Of a stretch of 44,920 nucleotides of DNA, positions 34,111 to 42,973 are shown one piece after another. A program made the translations under genes and the position numbers. The notes under the pieces were generated by a model. The model was not told the DNA's origin. It saw only the letters and a list, made by a program, of their open reading frames with translations, and searched no databases. Source of the DNA: a virus (taxonomy: Duplodnaviria; Caudoviricetes); IMG/VR virus record IMGVR_UViG_3300016722_000142, positions 1-44,920 of that record; one strand, 5' to 3'. Position 1 is the stretch's first letter; every line of letters begins with the position of its first letter.

Positions 34111-35640
34111 ATGCTGATCCCTTATCAATATAATAAGGTGGCTGCCGGAGCGATGATGATCGATCCCAACGCCGCGAAATACGGAACGCGGGGCGTGTTC
34201 ACGTTCTTGCGGAACGGCGGCTGCAACCAGAGCGCGATGACGATCCGGAACCGTTACCTCGTCTCCAGCGCGGTCAGCCGGCTGGAGGTGTCCAGCGCCG
34301 GGCTGGCGCTCTACACCACCGTCAACTACGGAGCGAGCGTCTTCGTCCGGGACGGCGGCACGGCGTCCGCCACCGTCGTCAACAGCGGCGGCAACGTCCA
34401 GGTAAGCTCCGGCGGCGGCGTCATCGACACCGAACTCAATTCCAGCGGAATGTTATATGTGAGTCCGGGCGGGTCGGCAAGCGGCGGCAACATCCACTCC
34501 TATGGACGGGCGTATGTCTCGTCGAACACAAGCATTTGCGGGTTCCACGTCTCCCAGGGCGGAAGCCTCTACGGACAGGGTTCGAACATCACGTTCGACG
34601 GGATCACGGTGTCCTCCGGGGCGAACTTCACGCCCGGCAACTCGCCGGGCGTCGCCGTCCTGAACGCCGTCGTCGGCTCCAACGCGAGCGTATGGTGTCA
34701 GAACAGCAACGTGTTCAGCCGCGTTACCGTCATGAGCGGCGGATTCCTCGGCGTTTCGTCCGGCGGGAAATGCTTCGACGCGACGGTCTCCTCCGGCGGC
34801 AGAATCGCCCACGGCGTGTGGGGACACGACGGGGAGACCTCGGTCACCGGGACGAACCAGTACGGCTCGTTCCACACCGAAAACGGCACGGCCTGCAACT
34901 ATGTGCTGGCGGGCGGACAGGACCAGCAGCTCTACTACTACGCGAGCGCGGTCAGCACGGTCATGTCGAGCGGCGGATCGCAGTTCGTCAGCTTCGGCGC
35001 GGTCGCCCGGTTCAACACGATATTCCAGGGCGGCTATCAGCGCGTTCTTTCCGGCGGACAATCCCTCGACACCGTGATTTCGAGCGGCGGGAGCATGTTC
35101 GCGGAATATTTCGGTACGGCGGTCCGGACCACGGTCGATTCAGGGGCTTACCTGTATGTATCGAACTATGGACGGGCGGTCAGCACCGAAATCCGTCCGG
35201 GCGGTTCGCAGTTCGTGAGCTTCGGCGGGGCGGTGACCTCGACGGACATTTCCGGCTGGCAGATGCTGTCCAACGGCTGTTCGGCACTCAACACCACCGT
35301 GAATTCTGGGGCGTGGCAGTACGTCCGCTACGCCTGTTCCGCTTCGGACGCGACGGTGCTGGGCGGCGGCAGTCTCCACGTTTCGCAGAACTGCTCCTAC
35401 GGCGGAATCAACGTCTCGGAAGGCGGCTGGCTCGGCGTTTACGAGGCAAGCGAGGTCGCCTCGGTTTCCGTCGCGACGGGCGGAAAATTTCTACTCTCCC
35501 GCTACTGCACCGCCTCGAATGTGACGGTCGACTCGGGCGGGTCGTTCCAGGTTTACAGCGGAGCCAGCGCCTTCGCCGTGACCAGCTCCGCCGGAGCGAA
35601 TATCACTGTTGAAACAGGAGGATATATCGAATATGTCTGA
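34111..35640 (+). CDS. AIDA-I-repeat beta-helix protein lacking signal peptide and autotransporter barrel (putative tail fibre/adhesin)
   Basis: About 20 tandem ~19-aa repeats such as TVVNSGGNVQVSSGGGVID, TVMSSGGSQFVSFGAVARF, TTVNSGAWQYVRYACSASD; AIDA/Ag43-like spacer VTGTNQYGSFHTENGTA.N. Confidence 0.85.
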   Translation: MLIPYQYNKVAAGAMMIDPNAAKYGTRGVFTFLRNGGCNQSAMTIRNRYLVSSAVSRLEVSSAGLALYTTVNYGASVFVRDGGTASATVVNSGGNVQVSSGGGVIDTELNSSGMLYVSPGGSASGGNIHSYGRAYVSSNTSICGFHVSQGGSLYGQGSNITFDGITVSSGANFTPGNSPGVAVLNAVVGSNASVWCQNSNVFSRVTVMSGGFLGVSSGGKCFDATVSSGGRIAHGVWGHDGETSVTGTNQYGSFHTENGTACNYVLAGGQDQQLYYYASAVSTVMSSGGSQFVSFGAVARFNTIFQGGYQRVLSGGQSLDTVISSGGSMFAEYFGTAVRTTVDSGAYLYVSNYGRAVSTEIRPGGSQFVSFGGAVTSTDISGWQMLSNGCSALNTTVNSGAWQYVRYACSASDATVLGGGSLHVSQNCSYGGINVSEGGWLGVYEASEVASVSVATGGKFLLSRYCTASNVTVDSGGSFQVYSGASAFAVTSSAGANITVETGGYIEYV

Positions 35641-36883
35641 TTTCAGTATCAAATGCGAGCCGGTGGCGGACGCCCCGCTTCCGGCTCCGACCGAACCGCC
35701 GAAGGAGCCGACTTTCGCGCTCCCGCCGGAGGTTCCGGTGATGGAGGCGGTCGAAGGCATCCGCTTCGACTTCAACCATGGACTCCGCGCCCGTTTCCCG
35801 GAAACGGGCGAGTACCGCTGTGTTTTCAGGGATCTCGACACCGACTGCCTGTTGTACTCCATGGACGTGAAGCCCGGCTGCACGGTCGAGAGCGTGAAGA
35901 AATTCTTCATCCGCTTCGGACTCGAAATCTACCGGAAGGACGATCTCAAGGAGCCGGTTTTCAAACACGATCTCGATCTCTCCGGCAAGGAGGTGCTGAT
36001 CCAGCTCCCGGTCGGGGCATTGGGCGACACCATCGCCTGGTTTTCGTTCGTCGAACGGTTTCAGAAAAAACACGACTGCAAGCTGTCCTGCTCGATGGCC
36101 CCCGAGATCGCCGACCTCTTCCGGGCGCAGTATCCGGACATCGCGTTCGTCACGAAGGAAGTGGCGGCAAAGCTGAAACCGTATGCGACCTACAATCTCG
36201 GGCTGTTCTTCAACGGCGACACGAACTGCCAGCCGTTCGACTTCCGGCAGGCTGGGTTGCACCGGACGGCGGGTCATATTCTCGGACTGGACGACCTCTC
36301 CGACATGCCGCCCCTCGTCGATCTCTCGGCGAAACGACGGATCAAGGAGAAATATGCCGTGATCGCGGCGCAGGCGAGTTCCCAGTGCAAATACTGGAAC
36401 AGCCCTTCCGGCTGGCGTGAGGTTGTCGCCTACCTGAAATCGCAGGGCTACCGGGTGCTCTGCGTCGACCGCATGACCGAATACGGCACGGACTATACGT
36501 GGAACCACATCCCCTACGGCGCGGAGGATTTCACCGGCGATTTGCCATTGCAGAAGCGCATCGACCTCATCAAGGGGTGTGACTTGTTCATCGGCCTCTC
36601 GTCCGGCCTGTCGTGGCTGGCGTGGTGCTGCCGGGTTCCGGTGATCCTGATTTCGGGCTTCACCGACCCGGTGAACGAGTTTGAAACGCCGTACCGCGTC
36701 CAGAACGCGACCGTCTGCCACGGCTGCTGGAACGACACGCGCTGCGACTTCAACCACTTCGACTTCCTGTGGTGTCCCCGGAAAAATGAGGCCCGCGACA
36801 AGTTCGAATGCACGAAGGCGATCACTCCCAAAATGGTGATCGGCCAAATCAGAAAAATCCAGGAGAAAAACCATGCAGATTGA
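35633..36883 (+). CDS. tibC: Autotransporter O-heptosyltransferase (TibC/Aah, BAHT family)
   Basis: GIRFDFN.G.R, VLIQLPVGALGDTIAWF..VERFQ.KH.C, DFR..GLHRTAG.ILG, KYWN.P.GW.EVV..LK, FIGLSSGLSWLAW, ISGFT.P..EF.TPYRV, four-Cys iron site CHGCWND..WCP..FECT; AGGAGG RBS. Confidence 0.95.
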   Translation: MSDFSIKCEPVADAPLPAPTEPPKEPTFALPPEVPVMEAVEGIRFDFNHGLRARFPETGEYRCVFRDLDTDCLLYSMDVKPGCTVESVKKFFIRFGLEIYRKDDLKEPVFKHDLDLSGKEVLIQLPVGALGDTIAWFSFVERFQKKHDCKLSCSMAPEIADLFRAQYPDIAFVTKEVAAKLKPYATYNLGLFFNGDTNCQPFDFRQAGLHRTAGHILGLDDLSDMPPLVDLSAKRRIKEKYAVIAAQASSQCKYWNSPSGWREVVAYLKSQGYRVLCVDRMTEYGTDYTWNHIPYGAEDFTGDLPLQKRIDLIKGCDLFIGLSSGLSWLAWCCRVPVILISGFTDPVNEFETPYRVQNATVCHGCWNDTRCDFNHFDFLWCPRKNEARDKFECTKAITPKMVIGQIRKIQEKNHAD

Positions 36884-37115
36884 CCAATACGGCTTCGAGG
36901 CTACGAGCGAATATTTCCACCGCCGCATGCTTCAGCCCTACCGGGTGGCCGAGACGGAGGGAGTGACCTACATCTGTTTCGACGACGCGCCGCTCCGCCC
37001 GGTCCACCGCGTCACCAAGACCGCCGCCGAAACCGTCGTCGAGTGGGCCTACGGGGCGTGGGCCGACCGCGAAACCCTCGTCTACGTCCCGATCAACCGG
37101 ACACTGGAGGTATAA
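36873..37115 (+). CDS. Small hypothetical tail-region protein
   Basis: AGGAG RBS, overlaps the transferase stop; WADRETLVY motif. Confidence 0.6.
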   Translation: MQIDQYGFEATSEYFHRRMLQPYRVAETEGVTYICFDDAPLRPVHRVTKTAAETVVEWAYGAWADRETLVYVPINRTLEV

Positions 37116-37613
37116 ATGGATACAAAATACGATCCGGTTCTCGGAAAGCTCCGGGAATCCGACGGAGCCAATTCCGCCGCCGAGGCTGTCGACTACACGA
37201 TCAACGGAGAACAGCCCGATGAGAGCGGCAACTTCGAGGTGACCGCCGAGAGCATCGGCGCGGCGGAAAGCAGCCACAACCACAACATCTCCGCCGTGGA
37301 GAACCTTCAGGCGGAGCTTGACGGCAAGGCCGACGCCGTCCACACGCACGAGCTGGTGTCGGGCGTGGTCGTCGGGGGCGAAACCGTCTCGGGCGAACTG
37401 ACGCTGGAACCGTCCGACAACATGCTGATTTCGGTTTCGGGACAGGTCGTCACCCTGATGACGGAGCCGTTCGCGGAGGACTCGACGGAGTCGGTCGCCG
37501 ACGCCAACGCCGCGAACCCGGAACTGTTGAAGGTGTTTTCCGGGACGCGGGCGGAATGGGACGCCTTCGCGAAGGAATCCGGCGTCCGCTATGTCGTGTT
37601 TCTTCACGAGTGA
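37116..37613 (+). CDS. Short tail fibre-like protein with phage tail repeat
   Basis: TINGEQPDESGN, IGAAESSHNHNISAVENLQAELDGKADAVHTH. Confidence 0.72.
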   Translation: MDTKYDPVLGKLRESDGANSAAEAVDYTINGEQPDESGNFEVTAESIGAAESSHNHNISAVENLQAELDGKADAVHTHELVSGVVVGGETVSGELTLEPSDNMLISVSGQVVTLMTEPFAEDSTESVADANAANPELLKVFSGTRAEWDAFAKESGVRYVVFLHE

Positions 37614-37622
37614 GGCGAAAAC

Positions 37623-38060
37623 ATGGCACAGCTTTACACCATCAACGGCCTGTATCCGGACCGGAACTTCGCGTTCACGCTGACCGCAGTCGGACTCGGC
37701 ATCGCCCCGAGGGAGCATCTCCACGCCATCGGGGACGTACACGGACTTTCCAGGGAGCTCGCGGAGAAGCCCGCCTTGAACCACACCCACATCGCGCTTC
37801 CCGCGATCAACGCCGGGGAGTTCCGGCTGACCGGGAACGTGACGCTCGCGTCCGGGAACGGCGTCTCCGTTTCACGAACGGACAATACGATTTCGGTCGG
37901 CGGTTCACCCGTTCCAACCGGCACGGTCGCGGGATTCCGCAACGCGAATCCCGCCCGGCGGCACGCCATGCTGCTCTTTTTCGCCGGGGACAAACGCTCG
38001 GCGTCGGGAGACGCGGAATATTTCATTTTCACGGAGGACGGCAATGCTGCATCATCTTGA
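37623..38060 (+). CDS. Short tail fibre-like protein with phage tail repeat
   Basis: TINGLYPD.N, HLHAIGDVHGL..ELAEKPALNHTH, LTGNVTLASGNGVSVS; paralogous to the previous gene. Confidence 0.7.
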   Translation: MAQLYTINGLYPDRNFAFTLTAVGLGIAPREHLHAIGDVHGLSRELAEKPALNHTHIALPAINAGEFRLTGNVTLASGNGVSVSRTDNTISVGGSPVPTGTVAGFRNANPARRHAMLLFFAGDKRSASGDAEYFIFTEDGNAASS

Positions 38061-41000
38061 CAAACGCCGGGGGACGCTTCTTTCGAAGGTGTTCCTCTCC
38101 GGTTCCGGCGCGGATCTGCCGGTTGAAAAGATTCTGACCTGGACGGCGGCGGACGGCGAAAAACCGGTCTGGCCCGAACCCGCCACGCATCTGCGCATGG
38201 AATCGAATTACGACGCTTCTGCCAACTTCAAACTCGAGGACGGCGCGGTCTACGGCCATCCGGTGGTCAACCCGGAGGAGGACGGCGCGGTCTACGGCCA
38301 TCCGGTGGTCAACCCGGAGGCGGACGACTACGTTCCGCTGGAAGTGACCGTCACGCCGCACCCGGCGAACTCCGGCTGGAAGCTCTCGGCGGAAAACTTC
38401 GACCTCGGCGCGGAGGCGGGCGCGGTTCACTACGGCCCGGCGACGCTGGCCTTCGAGGTTCCCAAGCCGGAAACCGTCGGATACCATCTCCACCGGATCA
38501 CGGTAAGGCCGGAGTATGGCGAAGCGGAACCGGTCATTCTGAGTTTCTGGAGCGTCAAGTTTTCCGAGTCGAAACTCGCGCCGACGCACTGGTGGAGCTT
38601 CGACGAAAGCGATTTCGCCGACAAGGCCGGGGGAACGGCGCTGGTTCAGGAGAACGCCACGGCGGCGCCGGTCTTCATCGACGGCGTGACGAAGAAGGCG
38701 TTTCAGGCCTCCTATGTCGCGGAGGGGGAGAATCCGAATCTCTTTTCCGCCAATCTTACGCCCGAATACGGCGACAACGGGCTGAGCGTCTGCGGCTTTG
38801 GCAAATTCGCGCGTGGCGGCGAGTTCGGCCTGATCGACCCGTCCGATTCCAACGCCTTCGACGGACACCATCTGGGAATCCGCTGGTCGTACCGCCAGCC
38901 GGGCTGCATGCTTCCGGCGGGACACGGCCAGCCGGTTCCGGCCACGACGACCGCCGACAGGATGGAATCCGGCAAGTGGCACCATCTCACGCTCACGCTG
39001 TCCCGTCCGATCGATCCCCGGACGCATGAGAACTTCACGGTCGATTTCGAGAGCAACCAGTACGGCACGTTCACCTACACCTCGCCGGACGTGGAATATT
39101 CGCGCACCTGCGCCTCGACACAGTACATCGACTATTTCACCTACGGCGTCCGGCTGGCCAGGTTCTACATTGACGGCATCCTGAAAGGCGAACTGCTCGT
39201 GGTCATGCGCCCGACGGAAACCGATCCGCCGGGACGCGGTTATTTCTCGTTGAAAATGGAAAACGCCCAGGAGCAGGACGGAACGTATCCCGACGCCGTC
39301 GACGAAATCAAGCTCTTCGAAAAGGAGCTTTCCCTCGCGGAGATCCGCAGCGAATGCGCGCTGATCGGCCTCCAGTTCCTCAACGACAACCCGACCGGAA
39401 CCGAGGGCGGACGGGTCCAGAAGATCGGGCGCGACGGGCGCAAACGGCTCGGCAAGCCGGAGGATCTGGCAGCCGTTCCGCTGGCCTGTTGCCTCAAGGC
39501 GTTCCTGATCGACGACCGGACCGTCGCCGTTGGCGGCGTGTTCCGGGAGTTCTTCCTCGACCGGCTGAAAACGGAGTATCCGAACCTCGACGCGACCGAA
39601 TTCAACTACCGCAACGGCTTCATCGCCGATTATCTGCGGCGCTTCCACTACATGTACGGCATGTGGGAGCTGTACAACGACTACCAGCCGCGGATCGTCG
39701 ATGCGATGGACGACGCTGCGAACTGGTCGTGCGACGGGAATCCGGTCGAATTGATCGGCCGCTGGCAGAACTCGACCGGAACCATGCGATTCGACGACTT
39801 CCTCGATGGCGCAGACTATGTGGAATTGGACTGCGCCGACATCGTCCACTTCGGCTATCTGCGGCTTCCCGAGGCGATGGCGGAGGGAACCGCGCACACC
39901 GTCGCGTGGAACGGAAACACTGTCGAGTTCACTTACAACCGCGACCGTTACGCATCCAGCATCAAAGTGAACCAGGAGGGCTATCTGCCGGACGCCGGGC
40001 GCAAATACGCGTATTTCGGGCTGTGGCTCGGAACCGGCGGCGCGTACCGGCATTCGCTGTCCGATCTGACGTTCCACGTGGTTCCAACCAGCTCGGCTGT
40101 TCCGGCGTTCACCGGGATCATGACCAAACGCGAGACCGCGTCGACGCACACGAAAAACGACGTGACCTATCTCCTGACCGGCGAGGAAACCTATGTCTGC
40201 GATTTCTCCTCTCTTCAGACGGAAGGGGAATATCAGATCCACATCCCCGGCGTTGGCTACAGCCACAAGTTCAGGATCGGACAGGCCGCGCTCGGCAAGG
40301 CGTTCTGGACGCACTGCCGGGGGCTGTTCCACCATCGTTCCGGCTGTTCCGGCGTGGTGAAGCCGCACACGAACTGGGAGTATCCGAAAGCGGCGCATTA
40401 CTGGACGTGGGAGTCGAAGTTCATCTGCGACGACACCACCTACGACCTCTGCGCCACCCCGGACGGCGTGACCTATCCGACGCTTTTTTCGAACAAGCAT
40501 TTCTCGATGATCCCGAACAACGCCACCGGGCGGCTGTTCCGCGACCTCCGGGGCGGCTGGTACGACGCGGCGGACTTCGACCGCAGGCCGTACCACTTCC
40601 TCTGCGTCCGCGACCTCGTGGAGGCGTATCTGCGGTTTCCCCAGAACTTCACCGACGGCCAGCTCGACCTGCCGGAGAGCGGCAACGGGATTCCCGACAT
40701 CCTGTCCGAAGCCGAATGGGGGCTGGACGTGTGGCGGCGGGGACAGCATGAAGACGGCGGCGTGGCCGCGTGGATCGAGGCCAACGGTCATGAATCCGAC
40801 TGGCCGTGGCGTTCCGGCAAGAAGTATTACATCGGCCTCGCCAACCGGAAGGATTCCCTCGAATACGCCCAGTGCGCCGCGAAGTTCGCCCGCGCCTTGC
40901 GGATCGCCGGAACTCCGGCGGCGCTGTCCAAGGCCGACGTCTACACGGAGTCCGCGATTCGGGCGTTCAACTTCGGGATCGATCCGGCCAACGCGGCGAC

Positions 41001-41997
41001 GCTCGCGTTCACGCAGAAGAACAGCGCCAGCGCCGAGTTCGACTTCTCCTACGCGGAGCCGGACGGTCCGGCGAAGCGGCTGGTCGTTCCGGCCGCCGCC
41101 GCGCTCTTCGTCCTGACCGGAGAGCCGAGGTTCGCAAAAGAGATCACGCCGGAGAACTTCGAGGCGCATTACACATGGCTCCGGAACGACGAGAACGACT
41201 TCGTCCAGCACTGCGCCTCGGAGCTGCTGTTCGACCTCGACACCCACTTCCCGGAATACGCCGCGCGGATGAAGTCGTTCATCCTGGGCAAGGCCGACCA
41301 GTGGCGGTCGTATCAGGAGCTACAGACGTATTACGAAATGACGTGGCCGCCGGACCACGCGTTCTACAACTTCCTCGCCTGGGGCGTCGGACATCCCGAG
41401 CGGCGGGGCAAGGCGTTCGTCTACGCCTGGCTTCTGACCGGGGACGCGAAGTACCGCGACTCGGCGCTGGTCGCGATGGACAATGTGGCCGGGTGCAACG
41501 CGATGGGCCGGTGCATCACCACCGGGCTCGGCAAGGTGTCGCCGGTCCACCATCTCGACAGCTGGCTGCCGCGCGCCGAACACGAGCTCAAGGTCTACGA
41601 ACCCGTGCCGGGGATCACACCCTACACGTTCATCGGCGACCTCTCCGGCAAGGCGACCGGCTACGGGTTCTGCCTCTACAAGGGCGGGCGCGACGACATG
41701 AGCTTCGCCGAGATGACGAGGAACATCCTACCCGGCGGCAACAGCCACGCCGTCGCCAACGCCCGCGGGAGCGTGGCCGTCTGGCTTCAGACGCACTGGC
41801 CGCTGTGGCGGAACGTGTTCGACATGGAGGGACAGATCGTCGCCCAGAGCGAATTCACCGTTGCCGAAACGATCAGCGGCAAGGCGTTCATGACCGGCTG
41901 CCTGATGGGGGCCGGATTCACGCCCGATCCCGCATGGAAGGAAAGAACGCCGTCAACTGACAAATACGCCGTCGAAGGGCTGGTGTATCTGCCGTAA
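38044..41997 (+). CDS. Multidomain LamG/ConA-like + Ig-like (CelD_N) + glycoside hydrolase family 9 protein, putative tail spike/depolymerase
   Basis: HWWSFDE..GKWHHLTLT..RFYIDG..VDEIKLFEKELS..EI (LamG); IKVNQEGYLPD..KYA, DFSSLQTEGEY.I (CelD_N); DLRGGWYDAAD, SGNGIPDILSEA.WG, GCN....TGLG, SEFTV (GH9); no signal peptide. Confidence 0.85.
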   Translation: MLHHLDKRRGTLLSKVFLSGSGADLPVEKILTWTAADGEKPVWPEPATHLRMESNYDASANFKLEDGAVYGHPVVNPEEDGAVYGHPVVNPEADDYVPLEVTVTPHPANSGWKLSAENFDLGAEAGAVHYGPATLAFEVPKPETVGYHLHRITVRPEYGEAEPVILSFWSVKFSESKLAPTHWWSFDESDFADKAGGTALVQENATAAPVFIDGVTKKAFQASYVAEGENPNLFSANLTPEYGDNGLSVCGFGKFARGGEFGLIDPSDSNAFDGHHLGIRWSYRQPGCMLPAGHGQPVPATTTADRMESGKWHHLTLTLSRPIDPRTHENFTVDFESNQYGTFTYTSPDVEYSRTCASTQYIDYFTYGVRLARFYIDGILKGELLVVMRPTETDPPGRGYFSLKMENAQEQDGTYPDAVDEIKLFEKELSLAEIRSECALIGLQFLNDNPTGTEGGRVQKIGRDGRKRLGKPEDLAAVPLACCLKAFLIDDRTVAVGGVFREFFLDRLKTEYPNLDATEFNYRNGFIADYLRRFHYMYGMWELYNDYQPRIVDAMDDAANWSCDGNPVELIGRWQNSTGTMRFDDFLDGADYVELDCADIVHFGYLRLPEAMAEGTAHTVAWNGNTVEFTYNRDRYASSIKVNQEGYLPDAGRKYAYFGLWLGTGGAYRHSLSDLTFHVVPTSSAVPAFTGIMTKRETASTHTKNDVTYLLTGEETYVCDFSSLQTEGEYQIHIPGVGYSHKFRIGQAALGKAFWTHCRGLFHHRSGCSGVVKPHTNWEYPKAAHYWTWESKFICDDTTYDLCATPDGVTYPTLFSNKHFSMIPNNATGRLFRDLRGGWYDAADFDRRPYHFLCVRDLVEAYLRFPQNFTDGQLDLPESGNGIPDILSEAEWGLDVWRRGQHEDGGVAAWIEANGHESDWPWRSGKKYYIGLANRKDSLEYAQCAAKFARALRIAGTPAALSKADVYTESAIRAFNFGIDPANAATLAFTQKNSASAEFDFSYAEPDGPAKRLVVPAAAALFVLTGEPRFAKEITPENFEAHYTWLRNDENDFVQHCASELLFDLDTHFPEYAARMKSFILGKADQWRSYQELQTYYEMTWPPDHAFYNFLAWGVGHPERRGKAFVYAWLLTGDAKYRDSALVAMDNVAGCNAMGRCITTGLGKVSPVHHLDSWLPRAEHELKVYEPVPGITPYTFIGDLSGKATGYGFCLYKGGRDDMSFAEMTRNILPGGNSHAVANARGSVAVWLQTHWPLWRNVFDMEGQIVAQSEFTVAETISGKAFMTGCLMGAGFTPDPAWKERTPSTDKYAVEGLVYLP
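38236..38319 (+). repeat. Perfect 42-bp in-frame tandem duplication
   Basis: GAGGACGGCGCGGTCTACGGCCATCCGGTGGTCAACCCGGAG twice (EDGAVYGHPVVNPE x2). Confidence 0.97.
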
Positions 41998-42016
41998 CCC
42001 GAACCGAAGGAGGTTT

Positions 42017-42460
42017 ATGAACCGTCTCAAGGAAATCAGGGTGCTGAAGCGCCGCGCCGATGAGTTTCAGCTGGAGAACCGTGAAATCATCGGCAAATAC
42101 ACGATGCAGGAACTCTGTTCCATCTACAACGGCATCGGCCCGGATTCGTTCCCGGACTGGCTCCGCGACGTCATCAGTTCGCTCCATCCGAGCCTCGCGG
42201 TCGTGGCCTTCATCCACGACATCGAGTGGCACGAATCCGACGGCTCGAAGGAGAAGTTCGCCGAATCGAACAATCGCTTCAAGGGCAACGGATACAGAGT
42301 AGCCAAAGCCGAGTATGGCTGGTGGAATCCGCTGCGCTACATCGTCATGAACCAGGCGCGGCGCTTCGGCAACCTCTGCCAGCTCTTCGGCTGGTCGGCG
42401 TGGTGTTCGCCATGCGAATGCGCCGTCTGCCGGAAAAAACGCAAATCGAAAGGAAAGTGA
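42017..42460 (+). CDS. Hypothetical protein with phospholipase A2-like NGxG...HD signature
   Basis: YNGIGPD...AFIHDIEW...SNNRF; AAGGAGG RBS; located where lysis genes are expected. Confidence 0.55.
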   Translation: MNRLKEIRVLKRRADEFQLENREIIGKYTMQELCSIYNGIGPDSFPDWLRDVISSLHPSLAVVAFIHDIEWHESDGSKEKFAESNNRFKGNGYRVAKAEYGWWNPLRYIVMNQARRFGNLCQLFGWSAWCSPCECAVCRKKRKSKGK

Positions 42461-42464
42461 AACC

Positions 42465-42854
42465 ATGAAGAATCTGTTTCTTGCCGGGGCGGCGGTTCTC
42501 GCCGCCGGTCTGCTCCCGGGCTGCGGGCACAACGCCATCCAGTACGGCGACGGACTCGGCTTCGACGCCGGAATCAATCCCGAAAACTACACGCTGTCGC
42601 TCAATCTCCGCTACGGGAAAATCCTGTCGGCGGTCACCCGCGACAACGTCGAAATCGAAATGACCGGCAAGGCCGACGCGGACGGCGCCGCCGGCACGGA
42701 GAAGTCCGGCTCGACCGCCGTGACGACCGACGGCACGCTCAAGGTGAAGATCGGTCGTCAGATCAACGGAGCCGCCGCCGATCTGGTGAAAGCCGGGGCC
42801 GATCCCGACAAGGTGGTCGAAGCCCTGACGAAGGACGAACCGGAAGCGAAATAA
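42465..42854 (+). CDS. Lipoprotein (spanin or exclusion candidate)
   Basis: MKNLFLAGAAVLAAGLLPG-C signal II lipobox; last gene of the late operon. Confidence 0.75.
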   Translation: MKNLFLAGAAVLAAGLLPGCGHNAIQYGDGLGFDAGINPENYTLSLNLRYGKILSAVTRDNVEIEMTGKADADGAAGTEKSGSTAVTTDGTLKVKIGRQINGAAADLVKAGADPDKVVEALTKDEPEAK

Positions 42855-42861
42855 CCCACAT

Positions 42862-42903
42862 GCCCGAAGGCGGAGCGGAATGCCCCGTCTCCGGGCGTTT
42901 TTT
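42862..42903 (+). terminator. Rho-independent terminator ending the late operon
   Basis: GCCCGAAGGCGGAGC-loop-GCCCCGTCTCCGGGC imperfect stem followed by GTTTTTT. Confidence 0.65.
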
Positions 42904-42938
42904 ATTTCGACATATCTTTGGCGTGCTTCGCAAGTGAT

Positions 42939-42973
42939 TCTGGATTAAGGCATAAGGTGCGCTTAATTAAGAA
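42939..42973 (+). promoter_or_regulatory. Repeated motif class II, copy 3
   Basis: TCTGGATTAAGGCATAAGGTGCGCTTAATTAAGAA; shares 14 bp CGCTTAATTAAGAA with copy 4. Confidence 0.6.

Noticed and set aside
34111-35640. Complete autotransporter adhesin (aidA/tibA)
   Set aside because: No signal peptide, no autochaperone or beta-barrel, and no barrel gene nearby; only passenger repeats
38029-41247. 1072-aa minus-strand ORF
   Set aside because: Antisense shadow of the GC-rich GH9 gene; Arg/Val/Gly-rich with no motifs and no RBS context
32657-42854. Diversity-generating retroelement or invertible tail-fibre cassette
   Set aside because: No reverse transcriptase, no TR/VR pair differing at adenines, and no invertase or flanking inverted repeats seen; similar stretches near 34975 and 35203 are just AIDA repeat units
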